Assembly (NCBI RefSeq): GCF_001194135.2
Contig: NC_068989.1
Location: forward strand, 92,325,455 to 92,389,454
DNA from: Octopus bimaculoides
Taxonomy: Eukaryota
Direction of reading: 5' to 3'
DNA length: 64,000 bases
The notes below the pieces were generated by a model, which was given only the letters and a program-made list of their open reading frames with translations, had not been told where the DNA came from and did not search any database. Both the position numbers and the translations under genes were made by a program. Of this stretch, positions 1-14,636 are shown one piece after another (the first letter of the stretch is position 1; each line of letters begins with the position of its first letter).

Positions 1-1179
1 TAATGATTTATTAAACGTATATGAATACTGGAAAAGCGAAACGCTGTGAATCTAGTGCAGCAAAAGTCACTTTATAGAGTGTTATATTAAAAAATATTAT
101 ATACTTCAGCGAAAGTTAGGCGAAATCGAATAGAACCGGAAGTGACCAGGGAAGTGATAGATACGTATTTCGCAGTTGTTGCGGATTCTCAGTCTCATAT
201 ACTCTTACCACTTCTGAAGCAAAATCGAATCTGCCGCTTTCAAGTGCATACAAAGAGTGCATAATCTATACACTGATATTTAAAGACCCATATTCACAGA
301 GCAAAATTGGGAATACTGCAACAGAAGCAGCCCCGCAGTAAAAATGTTTGTTATTTTCTTAACAAACATTAAGTATGTTACAGTGACAAAATTTNNNNNN
401 NNNNNNNNNNNNNNNNNNNNNNNNNNNNNNNNNNNNNNNNNNNNNNNNNNNNNNNNNNNNNNNNNNNNNNNNNNNNNNNNNNNNNNNNNNNNNNAAATTT
501 TGTCACTGTAACATACTTAATGTTTGTTAAGAAAATAACAAACAGAATATCTTGACCATGAAAAAAAACAGTCATTTACGTAAATTACCAATTTACAATT
601 GTATTTTCTAAATGTCTAAGCACTTATACATAAGAAATTTCTAAAATAACAGCACCAGTTTTTAGATATATTTATTCAGTTTTGCTTTTGTTTCTGTATT
701 TTTGACTGTTTTTTTTTTCGTTATTTCTTTGCTTAGCCTTTCCAAGACATTCTTTTAGTATGTCTTTATAATTTGGCATTAAAAAGTGAGCTTATTAGTA
801 AAATGATAATTAGCAGATGTTAATCAATTGTAGTCAATATTAGTCCTGTTGTGTTTTTTTTTCCAAATAGAATCTCTTTCAAGCAAATCCCATGCCGTAG
901 GCTTCAGTGGTGCGACAGAGATAACGAGGGATACATAAATAGTTATTAGTCGTATGTATGTGTGTCCATGCGTGTGTATGTATATGTATGTGCGTGTGCA
1001 TGTGCGTAAGCGTGAATGTGTGTATGGGTGCGTGTGTGTGTGTATTCTCATCATATGTGTATATATACATTTGTATAACAATATGCATATATATATATAT
1101 ATGTATGTATATATATATATATATACTCACACACAGACTATATATAATCATCAACATACGTCCATATATCTATGTATTT

Positions 1180-1275
<96 letters not shown>

Positions 1276-1721
1276 GTGTGTTCGTAACTATGTATGTATG
1301 AGCATGCACACTGATGCACGTGAAAGCCGTCTTAACGATTCGGCAATGATATTTGGCAGCAAGATCTTCGATGAACCGGAAATTAGAGTGAAATTGTTTA
1401 GCTTTTAACTTGTCGGCTTTAATTAAATATCTTGTAGATCGTAATTTGCTAGCACAAATGATATAATTTGGCCAGAAAGATGCGGAATGCGTAACCATTG
1501 CATTTCCTGTTATCCTGATTTATGATCGCTGAGGTTTACAGCTACAATGTATTAACAGAATAGATGTATCGAGGTAAATATCAGAACGACGAGAGAGGAT
1601 GGAGTGAGAGGTTGAACTTAGGACAACTTGAAACGTCAGAGAGACAAAGAAAGGTAAGCATTAACGAATTCGTCTCTGTATGTGCATGTGTATACATACG
1701 GATATGTGCACACACACACAT

Positions 1722-1758
<37 letters not shown>

Positions 1759-2302
1759 NNNNNNNNNNNNNNNNNNNNNNNNNNNNNNNNNNNNNNNNNN
1801 NNNNNNNNNNNNNNNNNNNNNNNNNNNNNNNNNNNNNNNNNNNNNNNNNNNNNNNNNNNNNNNNNNNNNNNNNNNNNNNNNNNNNNNNNNNNNNNNNNNN
1901 NNNNNNNNNNNNNNNNNNNNNNNNNNNNNNNNNNNNNNNNNNNNNNNNNNNNNNNNNNNNNNNNNNNNNNNNNNNNNNNNNNNNNNNNNNNNNNNNNNNN
2001 NNNNNNNNNNNNNNNNNNNNNNNNNNNNNNNNNNNNNNNNNNNNNNNNNNNNNNNNNNNNNNNNNNNNNNNNNNNNNNNNNNNNNNNNNNNNNNNNNNNN
2101 NNNNNNNNNNNNNNNNNNNNNNNNNNNNNNNNNNNNNNNNNNNNNNNNNNNNNNNNNNNNNNNNNNNNNNNNNNNNNNNNNNNNNNNNNNNNNNNCGTAC
2201 GCACCTACATGCAAAACAAACATTATGCACGTTTGCGTATATATCTCCCACGCTAATTCTGTCTTCCTCTGCACGTGTGTATATATATATATATATATAG
2301 AT

Positions 2303-2356
<54 letters not shown>

Positions 2357-2411
2357 CTTAATTGGAAGAGAATGCGTGGCATTCAATCATATAATAATAT
2401 AAATAATACAT

Positions 2412-2455
<44 letters not shown>

Positions 2456-2857
2456 TCCCAGCAGTATACTGGATAGATACTATCCCTTAGTGGGCTGTAC
2501 CCCCAACCCCTAACTCTCTCACGTTATATATATATATATACATACATACATACGTATATGTACATACTTACATCTATGCGTACTATTTATATTATATATA
2601 TAAATTCAGTTGTCACTAATAATGACTGAGAGTGCACAGTAGCCGCTAAGTTGCTAGAAACAAAAATCATGTACCCTCATAGCCGCAAACAGCACATTGT
2701 TTATGTACTGAAAGGTGAGGCAACTGCCCACAGCTACCGAGGTCATTATACTAGCAAGCTAATTTCGCTTGGAATTAAAGCACATCAGTAGTGATTATGC
2801 CATCGCTTATTATTAAATCAAATCCTTCCTGCCAGCACACGATATTTAACATATGAA

Positions 2858-3220
2858 AAGCGGCGAGCTGGCAGGAAAGGCATCCAGCTAGTTGCCTTTC
2901 ATCCTTTCGGGGTCAATAAATTAAGTATCAGTTACGAACTGGCGTCGATGTTATCGACTTATTCCCTTTGTCTATCCTTGTTTGCCCTCTCTATGTTTAG
3001 CCCCTTGTGGGCAATAAAGAAGTAAGAAACTTTTGCACGGTGGGACGCTTAGCGGTATTCCGTCTGTCTCTATGTTCTGAGTTCAAATTCCACCGAGGTC
3101 GATGTTGCTTTTTATCCTTTCCAGGTCGATAAATTTAGTACCAGTTGCATACTGGAGTCGATCTAATAGACTGGTCCCCCTCCCACCAAATTTCAGCCCT
3201 TGTTCCTTGAGTAGAAAAAA
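2858..3220 (+). mobile_element. Two tandem units of tRNA-derived SINE family B, flanked by a 16-bp direct repeat
   Basis: Head gcggcgagctggcag; B-box-like gagttcaaattcc in the second unit; shared body ttgcctttcatcctttcggggtcaataaattaagta; atatttaacatatgaa at 2842-2857 and 3221-3236. Confidence 0.8.
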
Positions 3221-3515
3221 ATATTTAACATATGAATTAATTGATGTTTCAGCAAAATGGTAATATGAAAATTAGGGTTAGGGTAAGGTGGTTAGACGCA
3301 ATATAAAACAAAAAGGAAAAAGTTTAATTTTTGCTAATAGTGATTCAGTGAGCAGGTTAGAACCTACATTGCGAGTAACAAGTGTGGCAGACCCATATAT
3401 CTACAAAACGCAATGCTTCTAGCAATAGAGGTGCCACCCTGCAACCTCAGTCACTGTCAGTGACAAATTTTTTGTTTTTAGTTTTCTATTGCGTGTGGCT
3501 ACCTTCGTTATTATG

Positions 3516-3526
3516 TGCGCGCGCGC

Positions 3527-3605
<79 letters not shown>

Positions 3606-3624
3606 TGTGTGTGTGTGTGTGTGT
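3516..3624. repeat. (GC)n-(GCGT)n-(GT)n alternating purine/pyrimidine microsatellite
   Basis: Read directly from the sequence. Confidence 0.95.
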
Positions 3625-4228
3625 TTGCTAAATGATGTTGGTGTTGGTAAAAATGGTAGTAGAGAATGATGTTGGTGCAACTTGTTAATGGTGGGGATTT
3701 ATGGATGTTATGTATTTACCAATATTTATACACACGTGTATATATACACAGTTATATTTGTACATATATACTTATACGCACACTTATATTTACAATGATA
3801 TGCATGTATTTATTGCTTATTCACACAAATAAACACACACACATGTATATATGTACCTGCAAACATATATGTGTATGTACGTATGTGTATGCATGTATGA
3901 AACTACAAATAACTTCACACTTACGCGTGTGCATGCTTTGATGTACTTCTCCAGCGTGTATAAGAGGGTGTATGCGAGTCTGTATATAAGTCTATATTTC
4001 ATTCAGTACATATGTTCCAAAATAAAACCTGTAAATTCTTCTTTGATCTCGACACTGGCAGCACAAATTCTTCAAAATAGAAGATGTCTCATTATTTACA
4101 TCATTCTTGACGACCACCTCAAACCTGTCACACACACGTACGCTCGTGTACACATTGACTTATAATCAAACGTGTGCATACATAAATACACACAGGCACA
4201 TACACATGATTACATACATGCATGTATA

Positions 4229-4331
<103 letters not shown>

Positions 4332-4723
4332 CATAAAGGTATACATAAATATTTGTATACACACATATATATAACAGCAGATGGAAATTGGTTCATTCAC
4401 TACAGCTGTTTCAAACAAGTTTTTTTTTATTTATACACACATGTATATATACACAGTTATATTTGTACATATATACTTATACGCACACTTATATTTACAA
4501 TGATATGCATGTAATTATTACATCATGCAAAAAAATCGCTTCCTTCAGCTGAAACATTCCAAGAATCCAAATTATGTACCACTTCGTTATTCCTGGCTAG
4601 CTTCAGCCAACGAGTTGGTAGTTTACAATATAAGTAACCGATTCACTCAAATCCTGAACCCCTATATATATGCAGACACACAGAAATATATTTGTGTGTA
4701 GATATACATAGATATATTTGTAT

Positions 4724-4768
<45 letters not shown>

Positions 4769-5035
4769 TATATATATATATATNNNNNNNNNNNNNNNNN
4801 NNNNNNNNNNNNNNNNNNNNNNNNNNNNNNNNNNNNNNNNNNNNNNNNNNNNNNNNNNNNNNNNNNNNNNNNNNNNNNNNNNNNNNNNNNNNNNNNAGAT
4901 AGATAGACAGATAGATATATAGATAGATAGATAGATAGATAGAAAGATAGATGGATAGACAGATAGACAAATAAATACATACACATGTATGCATGCAATT
5001 TTAAGTACATCTATAAATATATATGTTTGTGTTCA

Positions 5036-5079
<44 letters not shown>

Positions 5080-5299
5080 CATACATACATGCACAAACAC
5101 ACACAAGCATGCACACACTCATATACACATCCAAACACGTGCACACATACACACGCACAGGTTGTAGTGTAGTTTTAGCCATAGCGTTTGTATGCGATTG
5201 TATTTGTGAAGATAAAAGGGAATATTTCATAGAAGCGACTCTTATCTAACGCTGATAAACTTGGATTTCTTCGTAAGCATCATTGATTACCCTGCTTTT

Positions 5300-5498
5300 C
5301 TAGTCTAAGCACAAGGCTCGAATTTGGGGGGGGGGGAGAAGGCCAGTCGATTAGATCGAACCAGTACGCAACTGGTACTTAATTTATCGACCCCCAAAAG
5401 AATGAAAAGCAACGTCGACCTCGGCGGAATTTGAACTCAGACGAAATACCGCTAAGCATTTTGCCCGTCCTGGTAAAGTTTCTGTCAGCTCGCCGCCC
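5300..5498 (-). mobile_element. SINE family B copy
   Basis: Reverse complement reads ggcggcgagctgacagaaac...gcttagcggtatttcgtctgagttcaaattccgccgaggtcgac, the same family as 2858-3220 and 14637-14850. Confidence 0.85.
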
Positions 5499-5556
5499 TT
5501 AAACACACTAATATTAATGAGCATCCTAATCATAGTAGTGTTCTATTAAAACAATA

Positions 5557-5625
5557 GTGGTGGAGGTGATGGGGGAGAAGTGGTGGAGGTGATGGGGGAG
5601 AAGTGGTGGAGGTGATGGGGGAGAA
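5557..5625 (+). repeat. 23-bp G-rich minisatellite, 3 copies
   Basis: gtggtggaggtgatgggggagaa repeated three times exactly. Confidence 0.95.
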
Positions 5626-5996
5626 GAGGAGGAGGAGCGGTGAGTACGACAAGTATTTTATGAATGCATTTTTTAAATTTTCTTACATCTGACAAGAATG
5701 GTAAGTTGGGAATGGATAGGAATAAAAATGTGCATAGAAAAAAAAACTGGATAGCAAAAAAAAACAAAAAAAACAAACAAACTGTGGAATGTATTGAAAA
5801 CATGTGACTGAATCGTAAATAATCTGGCAGTGACACGTCAGGCCTTCCTCCCCCTCATACAGAAACAAATCACAGTATCAAACACACATATACACACGCG
5901 CACACACGAGCGCGCATAAATTCATACACACCTGGATACACATAAATTCACATTATTCTAAAAATATTTAGTACATTTATATTTCACGTGATTATA

Positions 5997-6029
<33 letters not shown>

Positions 6030-6432
6030 ACACACATACATGTATGTATGTATGAATGTACGTTTGTACGTATGTATATTTATGTATATGCATGTATATA
6101 CATATATATCTACGTAAATTGTAAATTAATATGGATGTGTTTTTCTATATAAATATTTATATATATATGAATGTAGACAGGTATAAAGTATAATTACCAT
6201 GTGCATTTAAATAAATACGACATAGAATTGCATATATAATTCATGAATATATATTTGGAAACACGTTTAAAATATACGTTCATATAATTTCACCTTTTTC
6301 TTTATATGTATAATAATATCTTCGCATATGTATTCTTTTAATCAATACATTGTGAATAACACTCGAAAGATGAAAATCGTGCAGGCACTCACCGAACTGA
6401 CATACAAATAATTAAATACATACATACATACA

Positions 6433-6510
<78 letters not shown>

Positions 6511-6513
<3 letters not shown>

Positions 6514-7140
6514 GGGCTGCACAAAATAATGGAAACACCTTAACCTTTTAAACCTTTGGCAGTAATTAAAACTTGAATTCGAGGTATGGACTCCTACAAA
6601 GTTTGAATTGTTTCCAAAAGCAACTGTGTCCATTCTTCAGCTAAAACCGTCCCTAGTTCTTGTATAGTAACCTCTGACAAAAGGCCACTGTGCCAGTAAG
6701 TCCATGTTTAACTTCAAACACATCACCCGCTTCTCTTTCCAGACAAATTGCTTCTCTGTCAAGCTTCCTGTTAGTCAGAATTCCTTTTATTCCAATAGCT
6801 TCTTTCTTTGGGCTGCTGCTCTCTATCGTCTTCTTTTCCACTTTTGATATTTTTGGTAGAGTAATCTTATCTTCCCAGACGCATCATTTCAGTTTTGAGC
6901 TTCCTGGTAGTCCTAAGTTCTTTCATTCTAAAAGCTGCATTCCTCAAACTGCTGCTCTCTGTTACTCACCACAATTCTATTGATTTCCTCTGGTCGATGA
7001 TAATCAGTCCTTCAAATTTTATGTCGAACGACGAAGTCTTTTGAAGTTTTAAGCAGCCTTCTTTTCCATTTTTGTAGTTCCTTACGCCATATTGGCCTCA
7101 AGTCTTCTTTAGGACAAAACTGTATGAAAACTAAATCCTT
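6511..7140 (-). mobile_element. Decayed Tc1-family transposon, 3' part with terminal inverted repeat
   Basis: Minus strand encodes ...EVTIQELGTVLAEEWTQLLLETIQTL*ESIPRIQVLITAKG, matching the Tc1 transposase C-terminus (L..EW..I....I..L.ESMP.R...VI.AKG). Tc1-type end caggggctgcacaaaataatggaaacacc at 6511-6539. Stops and frameshifts are present; the upstream limit is uncertain. Confidence 0.75.
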
Positions 7141-8246
7141 CACAATTGCTTTTGTTGTTCATCCTTACAATGATCGAGAATCAAACCTACCGAAAATTCT
7201 CCAACATCTCAAAAATTAACCCTTGTCTTCGGGGGAAAATATTTAATCTCTCAACGATTGATGAGGCTCACAAGAGGGTGTTAGCCCCTTTATCTTCGCA
7301 GACGACATCCAAAGAAAGAACACCTGTTTTTTTTAATTTTTTTCCTTTATGATAACTTTATTGTCCAAATTTTGGACAACAATTATATCTCCTTTTTCTC
7401 CCCCTACCTCTTCGTATCAAACACACACATTCTCCCTCTACTTCTCTCCCACTTTCCTTCTATCCTCTTCTCTTTTCTCTTTCTCTCCCCCTCTCATCTT
7501 CTCAGAGATTGCTCCCGTCCCTCCCACATTTACAGTGGCTCTTCAGACACACTTGTCTCTCCTCTTATCATGCACATTGTGTTCTCTTACACCCCTCCCG
7601 TCATACCCCTAGAACTCCACTCTAACCTGTGACATCTATCTTTCTCTCTTACAATGTCGTCTCTCTTGGATTCCTTCCCGTTTAATGGATTTCTTCTGTC
7701 CATCGACTTGGAACAGTTAACCAAGAACTAAACGCGATGTGACAGGTTGGCAACAGCTACAGGCACTGCACCTTCTGTCAAATACAACTTGAAAAAATAT
7801 ATATGCATAGATTATGTGTGTGCATGTGTGTATGTGTGTACGTATGTATGTATGAGGAATAAACGAACTTTAGATAAGTTAAACTATGTTCGTGACATGA
7901 TTTAACTTCTAAAGGCAAATTTCCTGCAGATTCTGTGCAAGAAAATTCTCTCTAATGATAAAAGTTTTGAAAATACGATATTTTCCCAGTGCTTCCCTCA
8001 AGAGAAATTGCCCTGGGCAGAAATGGTGTTTTTACACCTCTTAACATAACGGAATTTTTTTGCACGGAAATTTGATTTACAAGTTAAAGTATGTATGTAT
8101 GTATTTATGTATGTATGTGTGTACAGATATATATACATATATATTATATAGTTGAGGTGTGTTCTTTTAAGGACGTATTAGACTACAAATAGAGCTGTCT
8201 AACTTACTCTTTCTTTTAACTCTTACTTTTTACATATTATATATAC

Positions 8247-8286
<40 letters not shown>

Positions 8287-8369
8287 GATCAACATTGAAC
8301 TAAATAAATATAATACGCTTATTCATAGATAGAAAGATAGATAACTAGATAGGCATTCGTATATATATG

Positions 8370-8403
<34 letters not shown>

Positions 8404-9074
8404 TGCATAATTGTATTTTTATCTAATTCATTGTCAGTTAAATATATGGGAAATAATATAATAATATTTGTTTTTGAACTTTATTTTCTTGTAATAATTT
8501 TAAAAGTGACAGAAACGGGAATAAACACAACGGAATTAATAAAATGTCTGCGACAAAATCACTTTAGAAAACAAAAGGAATTAAAAACACTAAGAGATAT
8601 ATTTGCTTTGTACAAATATTTGCACAGAATAATATGAAGCTTTTATGCTACCGGCTCTTATCGAAGAAAATATAAATAATAAAAATGAAACTGTATTTAT
8701 CGTTCTTTCTTGATTGATTAACGTACTTGTTTGACCTTAAATTTCAACCGTGGGTAATCTGATTGTTGTAAATGAGTTCAATGTTTTCTTTTTCTTTTTT
8801 CTTTTTTATTATCTGTTTTTAGCGTCGCATAACCAAGCACAGAGGCTATGGATTTGATTGGGGTAACTATTATTGAAATTAACAGATGTTAATTTTGTCA
8901 TAATCTTCACTGAAATTAAACGTTTCGTAGACGAAAATAGTTATTTGCCGAAGTATCGAGTGAGACATGTCAGAGAAATTCGAAGGAAAAGTGGAAGCGT
9001 ATGAAGTGCATGACTGCATGGTTGAGAAGCTAGTTGAGCAATCACCTGGTTTCAGGTTCAAACCCACTGTGTAA

Positions 9075-10150
9075 GACCTTGTGAAATGTCTTCTGCTATA
9101 AATCCAGGCGATGAATGTGTACTACATATCGCTTTCCAGATGCTCCGAATTACGCAGACAAGTTTGAAGACTACCTTACACGAATAGAAATTCTAGTTAC
9201 ATTAGAACAACACATAAGCGTACTTCTTGTGGGAGACCTCAATCTGCCCAATGTTGGATGGCCTGAGGGACTTTCCCTCCCAGAAATGGCACGTTGCGAA
9301 CAAGAACAGCTGAAGTCCTTCCTGAATCTTATCGACAATTTGTAAATGGAACAAGTAGTACTCCAACCAACCAGGGAAAGTGATATACTGGATCTCTACT
9401 TCAAAAATAATATGGACCTCATCCATCATGTGAAAGTGACACCGCAGCTGCTCTCAGATCACAACATGATAGCTGACCATGTACGGATCAAAGGATACCA
9501 TGGGATTGCAGCCTACAAGAAACTCTCAAAATCTTTCCAGTTTGAACTTCCATAAGGCAATCTGGAAACAAATTGAGAAAGAGATCCTCGAACAAAACTG
9601 GACTAAATGTCTCTCCTCACCGGACATCGACATGAAACTTCAACAATTCATGTTTGTAATGCAAGCCATATGCTGCAAATGTGTCCCGGAGAGAAAGGCC
9701 ACTGTACACATGGACAAAATCCCCAGGGAGAGGAAAGTTCTTATGAGACGGCGTACAAAAATTTCAAATCGCCTAAGCAAAAAAATTTAAAGCGGTGAAA
9801 AATCCCGCCTGAAAATACGACTGCTGGAGATTGAACAAACTCTGCAACTCTCCCATGAAAAAGAAAGAGCAGACAAAGAAGTCTGGGCTTTAGATAATAT
9901 AAAATCTAACCCCGAAGCCTTCTACAAGTTTGCCAAAGAAACAGCCTCCGTGCACTGCAGAGTAGGGCCATTCCTCGAAAAAAATGGTTCACTCACAGGA
10001 AACCCAATGAGGATTAGTGAAATACTAAATGAGCAAATCAAAAGTGTTTTTACTCCATCCCTAGGACATTTGCAAGACAGCAACCAGCTGACTTCTTCGC
10101 CACTGGAAATACAAAAACATATGCAGTGATGATTGATTACATCAATATAA
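9075..10150 (+). mobile_element. CR1/L2-type LINE ORF2 remnant (APE endonuclease and linker)
   Basis: APE motifs TTYRFP, LLVGDLNLPNVGW, QPTRESDILDLYF and LLSDHNMI; linker NIKSNPEAFYKFAK...ISEILNEQIKSVFT; broken by stops and frameshifts. Confidence 0.9.
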
Positions 10151-10457
10151 AAAAGATGATGTAATACAGAAGTAAATGTTATGTAGCAATACCAAATTGC
10201 AGTGACCCAGCATGGCCACGGTTCATACATACAATAAAATACTTTAATATATTAAATATACTATCATATAGGTTGCCCGTTAGTAATTAAGACCTAAAGG
10301 CAAGTTAATAAATACGGGTACCAATTGGTACCCGCATTGCTAGAAATAAGAGTAAAAACAACCCGAATAGCCACAAAGAGCATAAGATTTCTAGGAATGC
10401 CGGTACAATTTTGTACCCTTTTTATATTTATAGAGAGAGACACACATACACACGTAC

Positions 10458-10505
<48 letters not shown>

Positions 10506-11020
10506 AAATACATGTATGTGTGTGTATATATATATGTATATACATGTATGTGTTTAAGTGTAAGCACATATACATGTGAATATGCATATGTGTATATTTA
10601 TGTGTGTATTCGGCATTTCACATCGAGGCATTTAATCCGAGTACAAAATACAAGGTCAGCGGCATAATATTTATATCTGTACATGATGAGAACAAGACCA
10701 GAATCTACCCAACCGCACCTGACGCTTTGATCTCCCGTTCTATCGCCTCTTAACCAAAATATATGTCCCAGTTTTTTTTAGATAGCAGGGACAAGTTATT
10801 TTATGAGCTACCAAGCGCGTGTATATATGTGTGTGTGGGGGAGGTATATATGTAAGTGCTTATAATACAAGGAGAGAAAAAGTCAATAGCGTGAATCTCT
10901 TCAGCTCTCCTTTTATACACACACACTGCATGCGTATAAATAAATATACATACACACATATATATATATTTTTCTATAAATACATATACATATATATAGG
11001 TATTTACACACCTATGTATG

Positions 11021-11074
<54 letters not shown>

Positions 11075-11562
11075 CATGCATGCTTTTGTCTATGTGTATG
11101 CTAGTATTATTGATATTTCGATTTGCTATTACAATTTGTGTTTATTCCACATATATGTTCCTTCTTTATAACAACGTGAACACGGAACGCTGTAACGTAC
11201 ACAAAACTTATTAACCTTAATAATAATAGGGAGCTGAGTTTCCTTTTGTGTTCAATGGACTTGCCACTTGTCCACTTGACGATATGAAAGAGACCTGCTT
11301 ATTCAAGCACATGCTCTAAACAGCCCTTTGATGCGAAATGCGCTTTGGTTATTTTCCACACCAAATAAACCGACAAAAATCATTTGAAAACTGGGAGCCA
11401 TTTCCTACAAATCAATCCATTGATATGTTAACATGTACATATGCGCGTGTGTGTTTGTATATATCTCTCTTTCCCACTATCTCTCTTTCACACGCATACA
11501 CACACGCACATGTACACACACTGTATGAGTATTTTGCATTCATTTATAGAATGTGTGTGTAT

Positions 11563-11603
<41 letters not shown>

Positions 11604-12058
11604 NNNNNNNNNNNNNNNNNNNNNNNNNNNNNNNNNNNNNNNNNNNNNNNNNNNNNNNNNNNNNNNNNNNNNNNNNNNNNNNNNNNNNNNNNNNNNNNNN
11701 NNNNNNNNNNNNNNNNNNNNNNNNNNNNNNNNNNNNNNNNNNNNNNNNNNNNNNNNNNNNNNNNNNNNNNNNNNNNNNNNNNNNNNNNNNNNNNNNNNNN
11801 NNNNNNNNNNNNNNNNNNNNNNNNNNNNNNNNNNNNNNNNNNNNNNNNNNNNNNNNNNNNNNNNNNNNNNNNNNNNNNNNNNNNNNNNNNNNNNNNNNNN
11901 NNNNNNNNNNNNNNNNNNNNNNNNNNNNNNNNNNNNNNNNNNNNNNNNNNNNNNNNNNNNNNNNNNNNNNNNNNNNNNNNNNNNNNNNNNNNNNNNNNNN
12001 NNNNNNNNNNNNNNNNNNNNNNNNNNNNNNNNNNNNNNNNNNNNNNNNNNNNNNNNNN

Positions 12059-12149
<91 letters not shown>

Positions 12150-12199
12150 GAGATAGATAGATAGAAACTAGAACTGCAACGTAAATGATGGACTCAATA

Positions 12200-14090
12200 C
12201 CAAGATGAAAGTAGAATATAACATTTTTATTGTGATAAAAAATGGTGATTGCTGATCAAATCTGTGTTCTGCGACTTGTTACATTAATCCTAAATGAAAT
12301 GTAAGTATATATCGCAAAACACAGTGATAACTAGAATTTATCTTTCCCGCTGGGGTTTAGATTACTGTCCAGTTTTCATGACAATAGAACAGAACTGCTT
12401 CAATGCAGCGTTCTTCCACTAAATGAATATTTCAACATCGACAAAAGCTTTCATGCTACACCCCATGTTTATTGGCGTCATTGCCTCTGAGAATTGCTAC
12501 TGTCCTCTATGTTTCATTGGAAGCAACAAAAATCTGAAAAAATAGAAAATTGAGTGAGCTCCTATGATGATATATATGTGATCGTTAGATGTAGTGCTAG
12601 CAGAACAACAAGCATTAAATTATTTCTTAATTCATTGATTGTTTAGACCTAAATTTCTGAATGTACTAATAAAACCTGTCAGCTATCTCTGAGTTGCCAA
12701 TTTTTGCATCAGCCTCAAAAGTAACTCCAGTAATTTTATGCAGAAACATTCACCGAATAGCTTTCACCTGAGTGTATCTTCTTCTGCGCAGATATATGAT
12801 TACGGGTGAAACAAAAAAATTAGAAGTGTTTTGCTCTCACACAGAAACTGCGGGAGATACTCAGGGGTTTTGCAAGTTCTTCTAAATTCATTGCAATGCT
12901 GAAAAACCCTTCCGTATCGTCAGCAAGTATCTTAGGGTAACAGGCTTTTAGCCCTTTGCCCGTACGTTTCACCCGAGTAAGATGACGAGGACTGAACTAG
13001 TCTTCCTCAACGGAAGGATTCCACTAGCAATCTCTTATCAACCAAAGCAACTTGGAACTAATTTCAGCTGGAGTACCTATTTCCTTGATGTCTTTCTTCA
13101 GTTGTCTGTGTTCTTGACCTATCTTCCGCAGGAAATAACGCACTGATCTCGATGGAAATTATAAAGAGGTGGGGTGCAAGTGTGTTTCTCTGAAGCACAC
13201 CCAAATACCTCTCAAATTCTGATCGTAGGTGTAGAAACACGAATGCTGTTTGTTATTGCACTTCGATGCTACAAAGTTATTAAATTGATTTAGAAACACA
13301 CACAAAATTAGGACAACTTGTATCGCTTCCCTGTTTACACAATCAAGTGTGTTATCAAAGTTCACACAAATTACTATAATATTGCACTTTCTGGTGTAAG
13401 AGATCAATAGTACTTTCCATTGACATTATTTGTTCAGTTTAGCCTGAAGCCAGACCCAAGCTCAGAATTAATTACGCTGTTCGTGATCTAAGTTTTATGA
13501 GTAGCACTCGATTAAATAGATCTGCTCTCGTGCATATGAGCGATAAACCTCTTTGATTTTCTGGAAGAGTGCAATTTCCTTTTTCTGGAATTGATAATAT
13601 TATAGACTTTCATTCATTCTTCTGGTGGATCATATTTCCAATGGTTATGAAATTCATAATTCAAAATCGGTAAAAGAAACTTGGCACAAGATAGAACTGG
13701 AAGCACATGTGATAGAATTTATCTGGTTCAGCAGCTTTTCCACAAACAGTTTTCATTGTTCCTCTTCAAAACCTTCTTTTATCACTTAGTTCAGCAGAAA
13801 TTTAAGATCGCTAATCGATTCGAAGTTACTGGTAGTTACTGGAACATTTCATAAATTGCAATATAAAGATATATCATTGTAATGCGATCCTCGTGGAGTC
13901 TGTCATCCCAGTTGCTGTAGTTATTCTTTCTAGTTTTGCTTGTCAGTACTTTTCTAAATCGCCAGAGTTTTTCCAGCTTCGTTGTTCTGGATTATTTCGC
14001 TGGCATATATCTACAATATTTATTTGCTTCATGGTATTCACGCACTGATCATCAAGTGCCATATGAATGCTTTGAGCTGTCGAGGAGTGA
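12200..14090 (-). mobile_element. Heavily decayed RTE-clade LINE ORF2 (reverse transcriptase region)
   Basis: Minus-strand remnants in correct RT order: VNFDNTLDCVNREAI (DFxKAFDSV), GVLQRNTLAPHLFIISI (GVxQGDxLAPxLF), ILADDT (FADD) and IEAVLFYCHENWTV (ESVLLYGCETWT). Confidence 0.8.
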
Positions 14091-14636
14091 TTATTCCTAA
14101 GCATTCAAGCATATAAGGACACCCAATGTACACTCACACATACAAACTGCATACATATATATATAAAAATCCATAGATAGATAGATAGATAGATAGAGAT
14201 AGAGAGAGAGAGAGAAAGAAAGAGAGAGAGAGAAGGAGAGAGATAGAGAGATAGCTGGATGGAGAGAGCGACAGATAAATAGAAAGATAACGAGAGAGAG
14301 AGACACGCGCGCGCACCCCCACACGCGAAGACAGACAAACAGACAGACTGACAGATAGACAGAAATCGATAGCTGTTTAGAAGCCTAGAATGTTAATCTG
14401 ATTTCAACACAGGATGAATAACACCTGAAAAGAAAGTCGGTGTTATGTGTTTATACTTATGTCGATTACAGAAACGGGTAAAATTTTACTGAAAATAAAC
14501 AACATAACGAAAATATTGAATCTTTACAATAGTTCACTATGTGTCACATCGAGTTACGCAGGGACCATTCACTTTGTCAGCCGGTGTTGAAAAGAGAAAT
14601 CTTTAACTAGAATATATGTGAATATATATACATCAA

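Noticed and set aside
345-544. Perfect 50-bp inverted repeat on both sides of a 100-N gap
   Set aside because: Exact mirror sequence around a gap is a typical scaffolding artefact. A real fold-back element cannot be excluded without reads.
1500-1660. Possible exon ending at AAG|GTAAGC (donor at 1654); similar isolated splice-like signals near 2715, 55890 and 56730
   Set aside because: No recognisable protein, no consistent exon chain, and such motifs occur by chance. Transcript data are needed.
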